NCBI GenBank assembly: GCA_027013145.1
Contig: JALUXX010000011.1
Coordinates: forward strand, 192,556-256,555
Length of the DNA stretch: 64,000 nucleotides
Reading direction: 5' to 3'
From: Gammaproteobacteria bacterium
GTDB taxonomy: Bacteria; Pseudomonadota; Gammaproteobacteria; 21-64-14
Shown here: positions 31,577 through 41,728 of the stretch, piece after piece
Layout: each line of letters begins with the position of its first letter
How positions within the stretch are numbered: the stretch's first letter is position 1
Position numbers and translations under genes: made by a program
Notes under the pieces: generated by a model
Databases searched by the model: none
Seen by the model: only the letters and a program-made list of their open reading frames with translations
What the model was told of the DNA's origin: nothing

Positions 31577-31585
31577 GCTGCGCGC

Positions 31586-32410
31586 ATGCACTTCACCAAG
31601 ATGCACGGGCTGGGCAACGACTTCGTCGTCGTCGACACCCTGACGGCGCCGCTGGACCTCGGCGCCGCGCAGGTGCGCCGCCTCGCCGACCGCCGCCTCG
31701 GCGTGGGCTGCGATCAGGTGCTGATCATCGGCGCCCCCACCGACCCCGCGGCCGATTTCCGCTATGTCATCTACAACGCCGACGGCAGCCGCGCCGAACA
31801 GTGCGGCAACGGCGTGCGCTGCATCGCCCGCTACCTCGCGGATCACGGGCTGGCCGAACGTCCGGAACTGGTCCTGCAGGGCGATGCCGGGCGCGTGCGC
31901 GCGCGGCTGGAGGCCGACGGGGCGGTGACGGTCGACATGGGCATCCCGCGCCTGGAGCCCGCGGCGATCCCGTTCGCGGCCGAACGGCGCGCACCGGGCT
32001 ACACGCTCGAGGTGGACGGGCGCGAGGTGAGCATCGACGCCGTCTCGATGGGCAACCCGCACGCGGTGCTGCTCGTCGACGACGTCGAGCGCGCGCCGGT
32101 GGCGACGCTGGGGCCCGCCATCGAGTCCCACCCGCGCTTCCCGCAGCGCGCCAACGTCGGCTTCCTGCAGGTCGTCGACCGCACCCACGCGCGCCTGCGC
32201 GTCTACGAGCGCGGCGCCGGCGAGACGCCGGCCTGCGGCAGCGGTGCGTGCGCCGCGGCGGTCGCCGGGCGTCTGCGCGGGCTCCTCGACGAGCGCGTTC
32301 ACATCCGCCTGCCGGGCGGGGAACTTGTGCTATCCTGGTCCGGCGAAGGCGCGCCGGTGTGGATGACTGGACCGGCCGTCTCGGTATTCGAGGGACAGAT
32401 CCGGCCATGA
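31586..32410 (+). CDS. dapF: diaminopimelate epimerase
   Basis: MHFTKMHGLGNDFVVVD, both catalytic Cys motifs (NADGS..CGNG and GSGACA), 274 aa. Confidence 0.93.
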   Translation: MHFTKMHGLGNDFVVVDTLTAPLDLGAAQVRRLADRRLGVGCDQVLIIGAPTDPAADFRYVIYNADGSRAEQCGNGVRCIARYLADHGLAERPELVLQGDAGRVRARLEADGAVTVDMGIPRLEPAAIPFAAERRAPGYTLEVDGREVSIDAVSMGNPHAVLLVDDVERAPVATLGPAIESHPRFPQRANVGFLQVVDRTHARLRVYERGAGETPACGSGACAAAVAGRLRGLLDERVHIRLPGGELVLSWSGEGAPVWMTGPAVSVFEGQIRP

Positions 32411-33108
32411 GCACCCAGCGTCCGGCGGGCGTCGACGAGGAGCCGATCAGCGAAGCGGCGGTCATCGAGTACCTGCGCAGCCATCCGGACTTCTTCGAGA
32501 AGCACATCACCCTGTTGACGACCCTGCGCGTGCCGCATCCGAGCGGCGGGGCCGTGTCCCTGATCGAACGTCAGGTCGGCGCGCTGCGCCAGCAGAATCA
32601 GCAGTTGCGCCGCAAGCTGATGGACATGGTGCAGGCCGCGCGCGACAACGAGGAACTCACCGGGCGCATGCAGCAGCTCGGAGTCGCACTCGCCGACGCC
32701 ACCGACCTGCAGGACGTCCTCGAGACACTCGACGAGGTGCTGCGCCGCGACTTCCGCGCCGACGCCGTGGCGCTGTGCCTGATCGACGCGCCCGCGCCGG
32801 CCGCCGCCCCGGCGCACGTGCGGGCACTCGACGGCGCCGATCCGGGCCTCGCCCACTTCGCCAAGGTCCTCGAGACCAACCGGCCCGTGTGCGGCCGGCT
32901 CAAGACGCAGCAGCTCGAATTCCTGTTCGGCGAGGATGCGCCGGCGATCGCCTCCGGCGCCGTGATCCCTCTGGTGGCGGCGCGCCCCCTCGGCATCCTC
33001 GCCATCGGCAGCCGCGACCCGCACCGGTTCCATCCGGCGATGGGGACGGTCTTCCTGCGGCACATGGGCGAACTGGTCAGCCACACCCTGCGCCCCTACG
33101 TGGACTGA
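32407..33108 (+). CDS. DUF484 family protein
   Basis: Conserved dapF-DUF484-xerC arrangement, YLRSHPDFF motif. 4-nt overlap with dapF. Confidence 0.8.
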   Translation: MSTQRPAGVDEEPISEAAVIEYLRSHPDFFEKHITLLTTLRVPHPSGGAVSLIERQVGALRQQNQQLRRKLMDMVQAARDNEELTGRMQQLGVALADATDLQDVLETLDEVLRRDFRADAVALCLIDAPAPAAAPAHVRALDGADPGLAHFAKVLETNRPVCGRLKTQQLEFLFGEDAPAIASGAVIPLVAARPLGILAIGSRDPHRFHPAMGTVFLRHMGELVSHTLRPYVD

Positions 33109-33115
33109 GGCCCAC

Positions 33116-34015
33116 ATGCCGGCCGGCGCCGCCCTGGAGCGCTTTCTCGAGCACCTGGCGAGCGAGCGCCGCTGTTCCGCGCGCACCTGCAGCGCCTACC
33201 GCCGCGACCTCGATGCGCTCGACGCCTTCCGGCGCCGGCGCGGGATCGGGGACTGGGCCCTGCTCACCGCGGCCGAGGTACGGGCCTTCGCGGCCGAGCG
33301 CCACCGCGCGGGACTCTCGGGTCGCAGCGTGCAGCGCATGCTCTCCGCAGTGCGCTCCTTCTACCGCTTTCTGCTGCGCGAGGGCCTGGCGGCGGCGAAT
33401 CCGGCGGCGTCCGTGCCGGCGCCCCGCAGCGGGCGCCGCCTGCCGCGCACGCTCGATGCCGATCAGGTCGCCCGGCTGCTGGAGGTCGCGCCGTCCGATC
33501 CGCTCGCGGTGCGCGACCGCGCGATCATGGAGCTGCTCTATTCCTCGGGCCTGCGCCTGGCCGAGACCGTCGCCCTCGACTGCGCCATGGTCGACCTCGA
33601 CGACGCCACCGTACAGGTCACCGGCAAGGGCGCCAAGACGCGCATCGTCCCGGTCGGGCGCCACGCCTGCGCGGCGCTGCGCGCCTGGCTCACCGTGCGC
33701 GCCGGCCTGGCGCGGCCGGACGCGGGCGATGCGCTGTTCCTGGGGCGCTCGGGTCGGCGCCTCGGCGCCCGCGCCATCCAGCGGCGCCTGGCGCTGCGGG
33801 CGCAGGCCGCCGGCCTCGACGCGCGGGTGCACCCGCACCGGCTGCGCCACTCCTTCGCCAGCCACCTGCTCGAGTCCAGCGGGGACCTGCGCGCCGTACA
33901 GGAGCTCCTCGGCCACGCCGACATCCGCACCACCCAGATCTACACCCACGTGGACTTCCAGCACCTCGCGCGCGTCTATGACGCCGCGCACCCGCGCGCC
34001 CGCAAGCGGCGCTGA
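33116..34015 (+). CDS. xerC: tyrosine recombinase XerC
   Basis: R..HxxR..Y catalytic residues ([28 protein letters not shown]), 299 aa. Confidence 0.92.
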   Translation: MPAGAALERFLEHLASERRCSARTCSAYRRDLDALDAFRRRRGIGDWALLTAAEVRAFAAERHRAGLSGRSVQRMLSAVRSFYRFLLREGLAAANPAASVPAPRSGRRLPRTLDADQVARLLEVAPSDPLAVRDRAIMELLYSSGLRLAETVALDCAMVDLDDATVQVTGKGAKTRIVPVGRHACAALRAWLTVRAGLARPDAGDALFLGRSGRRLGARAIQRRLALRAQAAGLDARVHPHRLRHSFASHLLESSGDLRAVQELLGHADIRTTQIYTHVDFQHLARVYDAAHPRARKRR

Positions 34016-34092
34016 GCCGGCCCGACCGCAGGCGCGGATCGTGTAGAATAGCGGGTCCGGCGCCGGGCCCGAACCGGCAGGGACCCCGCTCC

Positions 34093-34626
34093 ATGGATGC
34101 TCTCCACGCAACCACGATCCTCTCGGTGCGGCGCAACGGCCGCGTCGCCATCGGCGGCGACGGCCAGGTGTCGATGGGCAACGTCGTGCTCAAGGGCAAC
34201 GCGCGCAAGGTCCGGCGTCTGTATCACGACCGCGTGCTGGCCGGCTTCGCCGGCGGCACGGCCGACGCGTTCACCCTGTTCGAGCGCTTCGAGGGCAAGC
34301 TCGAGCAGCACTCCGGCCACCTCACACGCGCCGCGGTCGAACTCGCCAAGGACTGGCGCACGGATCGTACCCTGCGCCGGCTCGAGGCGCTGCTCGCGGT
34401 CGCCGACGAGTCGACCTCGCTGATCATCTCCGGCACCGGCGACGTGGTCGAACCCGAGCGGTGCCTGATGGCGATCGGTTCGGGCGGCCCCTACGCGCAG
34501 GCGGCAGCGCGCGCGCTGCTGGAGAACACCGATCTCGAGGCGCGCGCCATCGTGGAAAAGGGGCTGGAGATCGCCGCCGACATCTGCATCTATACGAACC
34601 GCAATCTCACCATCGAGGAGCTGTGA
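34093..34626 (+). CDS. hslV: ATP-dependent protease subunit HslV
   Basis: [11 protein letters not shown]-terminal Thr nucleophile after Met removal, 177 aa. Confidence 0.93.
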   Translation: MDALHATTILSVRRNGRVAIGGDGQVSMGNVVLKGNARKVRRLYHDRVLAGFAGGTADAFTLFERFEGKLEQHSGHLTRAAVELAKDWRTDRTLRRLEALLAVADESTSLIISGTGDVVEPERCLMAIGSGGPYAQAAARALLENTDLEARAIVEKGLEIAADICIYTNRNLTIEEL

Positions 34627-34651
34627 GGCGCGGGCGGCGCCGGCACGAACC

Positions 34652-35983
34652 ATGAGCGAGATGACCCCGAGAGAGATCGTCCAGGAGCTGGACAAGCACA
34701 TCATCGGCCAGGCCGCCGCCAAGCGCGCCGTGGCGATCGCGCTGCGCAACCGCTGGCGCCGCCAGCAGGTGCCGGAACCGCTGCGCAGCGAGATCACGCC
34801 GAAGAACATCCTGATGATCGGCCCCACGGGCGTGGGCAAGACCGAGATCGCGCGGCGTCTCGCGCGGCTGGCGAACGCGCCGTTCATCAAGGTCGAGGCC
34901 ACCAAGTTCACCGAGGTCGGCTATGTCGGGCGCGACGTCGAGTCGATCATCCGCGACCTGGTGGACGCCGCCGTAAAGATGATCCGCGAGCAGGAGATGC
35001 GCAAAGTGCGCGACCGCGCCCGGGGGGCGGCCGAAGATCGGGTGCTCGATGCGCTGCTGCCGCGCCCGCGCGGGGTCGGCTTCAACGCCGAGCCGCTGGA
35101 GCACGACACGCCGACGCGGGAGAAGTTCCGGCGCATGCTGCGCGCCGGCGAACTCGACGAGCGCGAGGTCGAGGTCGAAGTGGCGGTGGCGCCGATGGGC
35201 GTGGAGATCATGACCCCGCCGGGCATGGAGGAGATGACCAGCCAGCTCCAGGGACTGTTTCAGAACCTGGCCGGCGGGCGCACTCGCCGTCGTACCCTCA
35301 AGGTACGCGACGCGCTGAAACTGATCGAGGACGAAGAGGCCGCGAAGCTCGTCAACGAGGACGAAATCAAGCTGCGCGCGGTGCACGACGTGGAACAGAA
35401 CGGGATCGTGTTCCTCGACGAACTCGACAAGGTCACCAAGCGCGGCGAGTACAGCGGCCCCGACGTGTCGCGGGAGGGGGTCCAGCGCGACCTGCTGCCG
35501 CTGGTCGAGGGCTGCACCGTGAACACCAAGTTCGGTATGGTGCGCACCGACCACATCCTGTTCATCGCCTCGGGCGCGTTCCATCTCGCGCGGCCCTCGG
35601 ACCTGATCCCGGAGCTGCAGGGGCGGCTGCCGATCCGGGTGGAACTCGACGCCCTCGGCGTGGAGGAGTTCACGCGCATCCTCACCGAACCCGACGCCTC
35701 CCTCACCGAGCAATACACGGCGCTGATGGCCACCGAGGGCGTGACGCTGAAGTTTCTGCCGGACGGCGTGGCGCGCATCGCCGAGGTCGCCTGGCAGGTC
35801 AACGAGCGCACCGAGAACATCGGTGCGCGGCGGCTGCACACGGTCCTGGAGCGGCTGCTCGAAGGGCTCTCCGCGGAGGCCGCCGACCGCTCGGGGGAGA
35901 CGGTGGCGGTCGATGCGGCCTATGTGGATCAGGCCCTCGGCGAGCTCGCCAAGGACGAGGACCTGACGCGCTACATCCTGTAG
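34652..35983 (+). CDS. hslU: ATP-dependent protease ATPase subunit HslU
   Basis: [17 protein letters not shown], Walker [16 protein letters not shown], full length. Confidence 0.93.
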   Translation: MSEMTPREIVQELDKHIIGQAAAKRAVAIALRNRWRRQQVPEPLRSEITPKNILMIGPTGVGKTEIARRLARLANAPFIKVEATKFTEVGYVGRDVESIIRDLVDAAVKMIREQEMRKVRDRARGAAEDRVLDALLPRPRGVGFNAEPLEHDTPTREKFRRMLRAGELDEREVEVEVAVAPMGVEIMTPPGMEEMTSQLQGLFQNLAGGRTRRRTLKVRDALKLIEDEEAAKLVNEDEIKLRAVHDVEQNGIVFLDELDKVTKRGEYSGPDVSREGVQRDLLPLVEGCTVNTKFGMVRTDHILFIASGAFHLARPSDLIPELQGRLPIRVELDALGVEEFTRILTEPDASLTEQYTALMATEGVTLKFLPDGVARIAEVAWQVNERTENIGARRLHTVLERLLEGLSAEAADRSGETVAVDAAYVDQALGELAKDEDLTRYIL

Positions 35984-36030
35984 CGCTTGCGCGCCTGTTC
36001 GCGGAGAGGTCCGCAGTATAGTGTTTCGCA

Positions 36031-36054
36031 GACCGGCCGGCGTGCCGGCCGGTC
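36031..36054. other. perfect GC palindrome gaccggccggc-gt-gccggccggtc downstream of hslU
   Basis: 11-bp arms with no T-tract. Possible terminator stem or REP-like element. Confidence 0.35.
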
Positions 36055-36076
36055 GGTCACAGCCACGAGGCCCGAT

Positions 36077-36466
36077 ATGAACGCTCAGAAGAAGGTGCAC
36101 CCCACCGAGATCAAGCTCCACCAGAAATCGCGCGTGCTCGAGATCGCCTTCGACGACGGCGCGCGCTTCCACCTGCCGTGCGAATACCTGCGGGTGTATT
36201 CGCCGTCGGCGGAGGTGCGCGGGCACGGTCCGGGGACGGGCACCCTGCAGGTCGGCAAGGAGGACGTCAACATCACCCGCATCGAACCGGTCGGCACCTA
36301 CGCCGTCTGTCTCGTTTTCGACGACGGCCACGACACCGGGATCTACGCGTGGGAGACCCTCTACGACCTCGGGGCGCACCAGGAAGAATACTGGCGCGAC
36401 TACCTGCAGCGGCTCAAGGAGGCGGGCCACGCGCGCCGCGGCAACGGCAGCGGGGCGCACGGGTGA
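36077..36466 (+). CDS. DUF971 domain protein (gamma-butyrobetaine hydroxylase-like N-terminal domain)
   Basis: [27 protein letters not shown] and [12 protein letters not shown] motifs. Start at MNAQKK. Confidence 0.75.
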   Translation: MNAQKKVHPTEIKLHQKSRVLEIAFDDGARFHLPCEYLRVYSPSAEVRGHGPGTGTLQVGKEDVNITRIEPVGTYAVCLVFDDGHDTGIYAWETLYDLGAHQEEYWRDYLQRLKEAGHARRGNGSGAHG

Positions 36467-36509
36467 GCGCCGGCGATCGCACCGCGTCGGCCCCGGCGGG
36501 GGGCGGACG

Positions 36510-37286
36510 TTGAATCAGGACGGACGCGATCCGGGTCGCGCGGGCGACGGTACCGCCGATTTCGGCTTCGAGCGCGTCGATGTGCGCGAGAAGGCGCGCC
36601 GCGTGCGTGCGGTCTTCGAGTCGGTGGCGGACCGCTACGACCTGATGAACGACGTCATGTCCTTCGGCTTGCACCGCTGGTGGAAACGCTGGGCGGTGGA
36701 GCTGACCGGGGCGCGCCCGGGCCGGCGCGTGCTCGACCTCGCCGGCGGCACCGGCGACCTGACCGCGCTGCTGGCGCGCCGGGTGGCGCCGCGCGGGGCG
36801 GTCGTGCTCGCCGACGTCAATGCGGCGATGCTCGCGCGCGGGCGCGCGCGGCTGCTCGACGGCGGGATCGCCTCCGGCGTGCGCCTCGCGCAGGCCGACG
36901 CCGAGTGTCTGCCCTTCGCCGCGCGCTCCTTCGATTGCGTGACCATCGCCTTCGGCCTGCGCAACGTGACCGACAAGGACGCGGCCCTGCGCGAGATGTA
37001 CCGTGTCCTGCGCCCCGGCGGGCGCGTAATCGTGCTCGAGTTTTCGCGCCCGACGGTGGCGGCGCTGCGCCCGGTCTACGACGCCTACTCCTTCCGGGTG
37101 CTTCCCGTGATGGGGCGGCTGATCGCGGGCGACGCGGCGAGCTACCGCTACCTGGCCGAGTCCATCCGCATGCACCCCGACCAGGAGACCCTGCGTGGGA
37201 TGATGGAGCGCGCGGGCTTCGCGCGCTGCGAGTACTTCAACCTGAGTGCGGGCATCGTCGCGGTGCACCGGGGCTTCCGCCTGTGA
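36510..37286 (+). CDS. ubiE: ubiquinone/menaquinone biosynthesis C-methyltransferase UbiE
   Basis: Near-colinear with E. coli UbiE ([39 protein letters not shown]). TTG start. Confidence 0.9.
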   Translation: MNQDGRDPGRAGDGTADFGFERVDVREKARRVRAVFESVADRYDLMNDVMSFGLHRWWKRWAVELTGARPGRRVLDLAGGTGDLTALLARRVAPRGAVVLADVNAAMLARGRARLLDGGIASGVRLAQADAECLPFAARSFDCVTIAFGLRNVTDKDAALREMYRVLRPGGRVIVLEFSRPTVAALRPVYDAYSFRVLPVMGRLIAGDAASYRYLAESIRMHPDQETLRGMMERAGFARCEYFNLSAGIVAVHRGFRL

Positions 37287-37308
37287 GCGGCGCGGGCGCG
37301 CGCGCCGG

Positions 37309-37920
37309 ATGAGCGTGGACGCCCCGCTCGCGGCGCTGGAGGCGGCCTGCAACCGCGCGCTGCGCCTCGATCCCGAGGCGTTCGAGGCGGTGCGCGCACT
37401 CGCCGGACGCATCGTCGCCGTGGAGGTCGCGCCGCCGGCGTGGACGCTGTACGTGATCCCGGGGCCCGAGGGGCTGCAGCTCGCGCGCGCCTGCGCCGGC
37501 GCCCCGGACACGCGCATCCGCGGGACGCCGTGGGCGCTGGCGCGCCTTGCGCTCTCGCACGGCGCCGACCGCGACGGGGTCGAGGTCAGCGGCGACATCG
37601 AGCTTGGCCAACGGCTGCAGGCGATCCTCGCGCGCCTCGACCCGGACTGGGAGGAGGCGCTGGCGGGCGTGCTGGGCGACCCCGCCGCGCACCGGATCGG
37701 GCGCGGTGTTCGCGCCGTGGGCGCGGGCGTGCGGCGCGGCGCCGATACCCTGGTGCGCGATCTCGCCGACTACCTGCACTACGAGGCCCGCCACGCGCCG
37801 CCGCGGCGCGAGGTCGAGGCCCTGCTCGACGCCGTCGACCGCTTGCGCGCCGACACCGACCGCCTCGACGCGCGGGTCGCGCGCCTCGAGGCGGCGCTCG
37901 CCGCGAAGCGTTCCGGGTAG
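37309..37920 (+). CDS. ubiJ: ubiquinone biosynthesis accessory factor UbiJ (SCP2 domain)
   Basis: Position between ubiE and ubiB, SCP2-like N-terminus. Start at [10 protein letters not shown]. Confidence 0.75.
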   Translation: MSVDAPLAALEAACNRALRLDPEAFEAVRALAGRIVAVEVAPPAWTLYVIPGPEGLQLARACAGAPDTRIRGTPWALARLALSHGADRDGVEVSGDIELGQRLQAILARLDPDWEEALAGVLGDPAAHRIGRGVRAVGAGVRRGADTLVRDLADYLHYEARHAPPRREVEALLDAVDRLRADTDRLDARVARLEAALAAKRSG

Positions 37921-37966
37921 GGCGGGCGATGGACCCGGCGGCGGGGCGCGGTGGAGGAGCCGGGTG

Positions 37967-39625
37967 ATGCGGCCGTCACTGGCGTTGCGCGTCGTGCACA
38001 TCAACCTCGTGCTGCTGCGCCACGGCCTCGAGGAGGTCGTGCTCGCCACGCACCTGTTCCGGCCGGTGCGCTTTCTCATGTACCTCTCGCCGGGCTACTG
38101 GCTGCGCGACCGCAACACCCCGCGCGGGGTACGCATCCGGCGCGCGCTCGAGGACCTCGGTCCGATCTTCGTCAAGTTCGGGCAGGCCTTGTCCACGCGC
38201 CGCGACCTGCTCCCCGCCGACGTCGCCGACGAGCTGGCGCGGCTGCAGGACCGCGTGGCGCCGTTTCCCGGCGGGGAGGCGCGCGCCATCATCCGCCGCG
38301 CCTACGGCGAGCCGCTGGAGCGCGTGTTCAAGCGCTTCGACGAGATCCCGCTGGCCTCGGCCTCGATCGCGCAGGTCCATACGGCGCGGCTCGAGGACGG
38401 CCGTGAGGTCGTCGTCAAGGTCCTGCGCCCGCGCATCGAACGGCGGATCCGGCGCGACGTCGCCCTCCTGCACTACCTCGCCGGGCTCGCCGAGCGCTAC
38501 TGGCGCGAGGGGCGGCGGCTGCACGTGCGCGACGTCGTGGCCGAGTTCGAGAAGACCCTCTACGACGAACTCGACCTGCTGCGCGAGGCCGCCAACGCCT
38601 CGCAGTTGCGGCGCAACTTCCAGGGCTCGGAGATGCTCTACGTGCCCGAGGTCGACTGGCCGCTGAGCCGGCGCACCGTGATGGTCATCGAGCGCATCCA
38701 CGGCATCCCGGTGAGCGACGTGGCCGCGCTGCGCGCCGCCGGCATCGACCTGCGCGGGCTCGCCGAGCGCGGCGTGGAGATCTTCTTCACCCAGGTCTTC
38801 CGCCACAACTTCTTCCACGCCGACATGCATCCGGGCAACATCTTCGTCTCCCCCGAGGGGCGCTACCTGGCCGTGGACTTCGGGATCATGGGCACCCTCA
38901 ACCCCGTCGATCAGCGCTACCTCGCGGAGAACTTCCTCGCCTTCTTCCGCCGCGACTATCGGCGCGTGGCGGAGCTGCACGTGGAATCGGGCTGGGTGCC
39001 GGCGCACACGCGCGTGGACGAATTCGAATCGGCCATCCGCACGGTGTGCGAGCCGATCTTCGAGCGCCCGCTCAAGGACATCTCCTTCGGCTACCTGCTG
39101 GTGCGCCTGTTCCAGACCGCGCGGCGCTTCAACATGGAGGTGCAGCCGCAGCTCGTGCTGCTGCAGAAGACCTTCCTCAACATCGAGGGACTGGGGCGGC
39201 TGCTGTATCCGGACCTCGACCTGTGGCAGACGGCCAAGCCCTTCCTGGAGCGCTGGATGAGCGAGCAGGTGGGGCTGCGCTCGTTCCTGCACACGATCCG
39301 CACCAACCTGCCGGCCTGGGGCGAGAAGCTCCCGCAGCTCCCGGAGCTGGTCCACGACGTCCTCGACCGCGCGCGCGAGGGGCGCCTGGAGGTGCGCTGG
39401 CGCTCGGAGGAACTCGAGCGGCTGCGCGAGGAGGTGCGCCACGCGAGCCGCCGCACCACGCGCGTGGTCGCCGGGGCCGCGCTCCTGGTGAGCGGGGCGC
39501 TGCTCACCGGGGCGCCGGTGGACCTCGCGCAGTGGATGGGCAGCACGCCGCTGATCGGCTGGGTCCTGAGCGGGCTCGGCGTGCTGCTGCTCCTCGCCGC
39601 CTGGCGCGGCGGGCGCCGGCGCTGA
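37967..39625 (+). CDS. ubiB: ubiquinone biosynthesis regulatory protein kinase UbiB
   Basis: Colinear with E. coli UbiB ([28 protein letters not shown]-terminal TM segments). Confidence 0.92.
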   Translation: MRPSLALRVVHINLVLLRHGLEEVVLATHLFRPVRFLMYLSPGYWLRDRNTPRGVRIRRALEDLGPIFVKFGQALSTRRDLLPADVADELARLQDRVAPFPGGEARAIIRRAYGEPLERVFKRFDEIPLASASIAQVHTARLEDGREVVVKVLRPRIERRIRRDVALLHYLAGLAERYWREGRRLHVRDVVAEFEKTLYDELDLLREAANASQLRRNFQGSEMLYVPEVDWPLSRRTVMVIERIHGIPVSDVAALRAAGIDLRGLAERGVEIFFTQVFRHNFFHADMHPGNIFVSPEGRYLAVDFGIMGTLNPVDQRYLAENFLAFFRRDYRRVAELHVESGWVPAHTRVDEFESAIRTVCEPIFERPLKDISFGYLLVRLFQTARRFNMEVQPQLVLLQKTFLNIEGLGRLLYPDLDLWQTAKPFLERWMSEQVGLRSFLHTIRTNLPAWGEKLPQLPELVHDVLDRAREGRLEVRWRSEELERLREEVRHASRRTTRVVAGAALLVSGALLTGAPVDLAQWMGSTPLIGWVLSGLGVLLLLAAWRGGRRR

Positions 39626-39639
39626 GGCCGGGTGCGGGC

Positions 39640-40374
39640 CTACGCCCGGCGGCGGCGCGCGGCGAGCCCGGTCAGCCCGAGGAGGCCGGAGGCGAACAGC
39701 ACCAGCGGCGCGGGCAGCGGCACCGGCGTGACCTCGAAGCGGCTGGTGAAGCTGGCGCTATCACCGGCACTGAGATCGAAGTGGAAGCGCATGCCGATGC
39801 TCGTCGACACACCGGTCGGCACGAGTGTGGGCCCGCCGCTGAGCGGACCGCCCGTCCCGCTGCAGCCGATCGAGCTGCCGCCGCAGGTCCCGCCGAAGGT
39901 GGCGAGCGAGAAGGCGTCGGCGCCGTCGATCTGTCCGTACCAAGCAAAGTTGCTGAGTGTCGCGGTCGTGTCGTTGTTGTCCTTCCACGTCCACGACAGT
40001 TTGCCGCTCTCGTAGCCCGGGCTGAAGCCGGGCGAAACCGGCATCGTCAACACCACGTCGAACGTCTGCGTGCCCGACGTCGTGTTCGTGAACATGAGGT
40101 TGCCGTCGATGTACGGGTCGGGCTTGGCGGTGAAATTCCAGCCGAAGTCCCAGGACATGCACGTGGGCGTCGTCGTCGACGAGCAGGAGCCCATGAACGT
40201 CGTGACGCCCTGGAGGTCGGTCAAACTCGACCCCATCTTGGAAAAATCGATCGTCGTCGAGTTGATCGTCGCCGTGACCGACGCCGGCGGAAGCGCGAGA
40301 GCGGACGCACCCGCCCACCCCGGCGCGAGCGCCGCCCCGAACACCAGAACCGACCATAGCTTGCGCAATCGCAT
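39640..40374 (-). CDS. VPLPA-CTERM (PEP-CTERM variant) sorting-domain secreted protein
   Basis: Signal peptide MRLRKLWSVLVFGAALAPGWAGASA. C-terminus VPLPAPLVLFASGLLGLTGLAARRRRA is motif + TM helix + Arg cluster. Thr/Ser/Gly-rich body. Confidence 0.8.
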   Translation of the reverse strand: MRLRKLWSVLVFGAALAPGWAGASALALPPASVTATINSTTIDFSKMGSSLTDLQGVTTFMGSCSSTTTPTCMSWDFGWNFTAKPDPYIDGNLMFTNTTSGTQTFDVVLTMPVSPGFSPGYESGKLSWTWKDNNDTTATLSNFAWYGQIDGADAFSLATFGGTCGGSSIGCSGTGGPLSGGPTLVPTGVSTSIGMRFHFDLSAGDSASFTSRFEVTPVPLPAPLVLFASGLLGLTGLAARRRRA

Positions 40375-40439
40375 CCCCCGCCCCCTCAGATCCCGTTCGC
40401 CCCAACCGGCGCACCCGACGCCGCCGGCTGAGGGTGGAA

Positions 40440-40459
40440 CCAAGCAAGTTCGATACCGG
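40440..40459 (-). promoter_or_regulatory. candidate sigma54 (-24/-12) promoter for the VPLPA-CTERM gene
   Basis: Minus strand reads cGGtatcgaacTTGCt, GG-N10-GC spacing, about 70 nt upstream of the ATG. Its core gaacttgcttggttcc nearly matches the mshI promoter. Confidence 0.45.
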
Positions 40460-40726
40460 CTCCGGATTCATGTTGTCATACAATTAGTTATAAGATCAGG
40501 TGGGTGCAGGCAGGGTATCTGTGTAAACAATTCCGACAGCCCGCGAGTTGCCTCAGGTTGCCCGGATTCACGCAACGATAGGAAATCACAATAGATATTC
40601 GGTCCGTCGCCGGATGGGGCCGGCGCTCTCCCGCGCTGCGCCCCTGGCGTGACTGTAGGTCCTTGAACTTACAGTTTTTAAACGCGGGGCCGCGTCTTCG
40701 GTTGTAAAGAATCCCGACACGGGCCG

Positions 40727-41716
40727 TCAGCGCACCGCCGGCGGGTGGAGCAGGATGACGGCGACGAGGACGGCGAGGATCGCGGCCCAGAGCGCGATCG
40801 ACAGGGCCAGGGATTCACGCGCGCGGCGCTTCTCGAGCCAGGTGCGCGGTTTCACGCCGCGTACCCAGAAGACGAGCGTGGCGGCGAGATTGACGCACAC
40901 GACGTTGACCGCGAGGAGCAGCGCGGCCCCGCCGGCGAGGCGCCAGTGGCCGCCGCCGGCGAACAGCCCGAGCGCGGCGGCCGGCGGGAGCAGGGCGACC
41001 GCGACCATGACCCCGACCAGCACCGTCGACAGGCCGGTGGTGAGGGAGAGCACGGCGGCAGCGCCGGAGGCGAGCGCGAGCACGATGCCGTCGAGGCCGA
41101 CGTCGGCGCGCGCCATTAGTTCCTGGCTGTGCAGATTGGCGGGCCAGATCCAGCCGATAAAGGCCGCGCAGGCGAAGGCGGTCGCCAGCCCCGCGAGGTT
41201 GGTGCGCACCGCGCCGGCGATGAGCGGCCGGTCGCCGAGCGCGGTCCCGAGCCCGAAGGCGAGGTTGGGACCCAGCAGCGGGGCGATCACCATCGCCCCG
41301 AGCACGGCGGCGAGGTTGTCCTCCATGAGTCCGACGGCCGCGACCACGGTGGAGAGCACCACGAGCAGCAGGTAGTTGGCGTCGAGGCGCGCGCCGCGCT
41401 CGACGCCGTTGTAGAGCTCCTCCCGCGTGGCCACCTCGCGCGCCGCGGCCGCGGCCTCGGGCGAGGACTCCGCCGGGCGCGGCAGGATCCCCTCGGCCGG
41501 CAGCAGCAGGATGCGCGCCTGCGGATCGCTCCCGAACACGCCCTGCAGGGCATCCAGCACCGGCTGCGCGTTGTCGGCGTCGACCAGCACACGCAGGGTC
41601 TGGCGCCCGTCCTCCCCCGGCGGCGCGGCGGGGAGGCTCGCGGCGCCGTGTTGTTCGGCGATCGCGGCGACGGTATCGGCGCTGCCCTGGGCGGCAGCGA
41701 TCTCGACGATCTTCAT
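40727..41716 (-). CDS. DUF389 (TIGR00341) family membrane protein
   Basis: N-terminal soluble domain followed by multiple TM helices. MKIVEIAAAQ start. Confidence 0.7.
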   Translation of the reverse strand: MKIVEIAAAQGSADTVAAIAEQHGAASLPAAPPGEDGRQTLRVLVDADNAQPVLDALQGVFGSDPQARILLLPAEGILPRPAESSPEAAAAAREVATREELYNGVERGARLDANYLLLVVLSTVVAAVGLMEDNLAAVLGAMVIAPLLGPNLAFGLGTALGDRPLIAGAVRTNLAGLATAFACAAFIGWIWPANLHSQELMARADVGLDGIVLALASGAAAVLSLTTGLSTVLVGVMVAVALLPPAAALGLFAGGGHWRLAGGAALLLAVNVVCVNLAATLVFWVRGVKPRTWLEKRRARESLALSIALWAAILAVLVAVILLHPPAVR

Positions 41717-41728
41717 GCGCGGGCGGCC

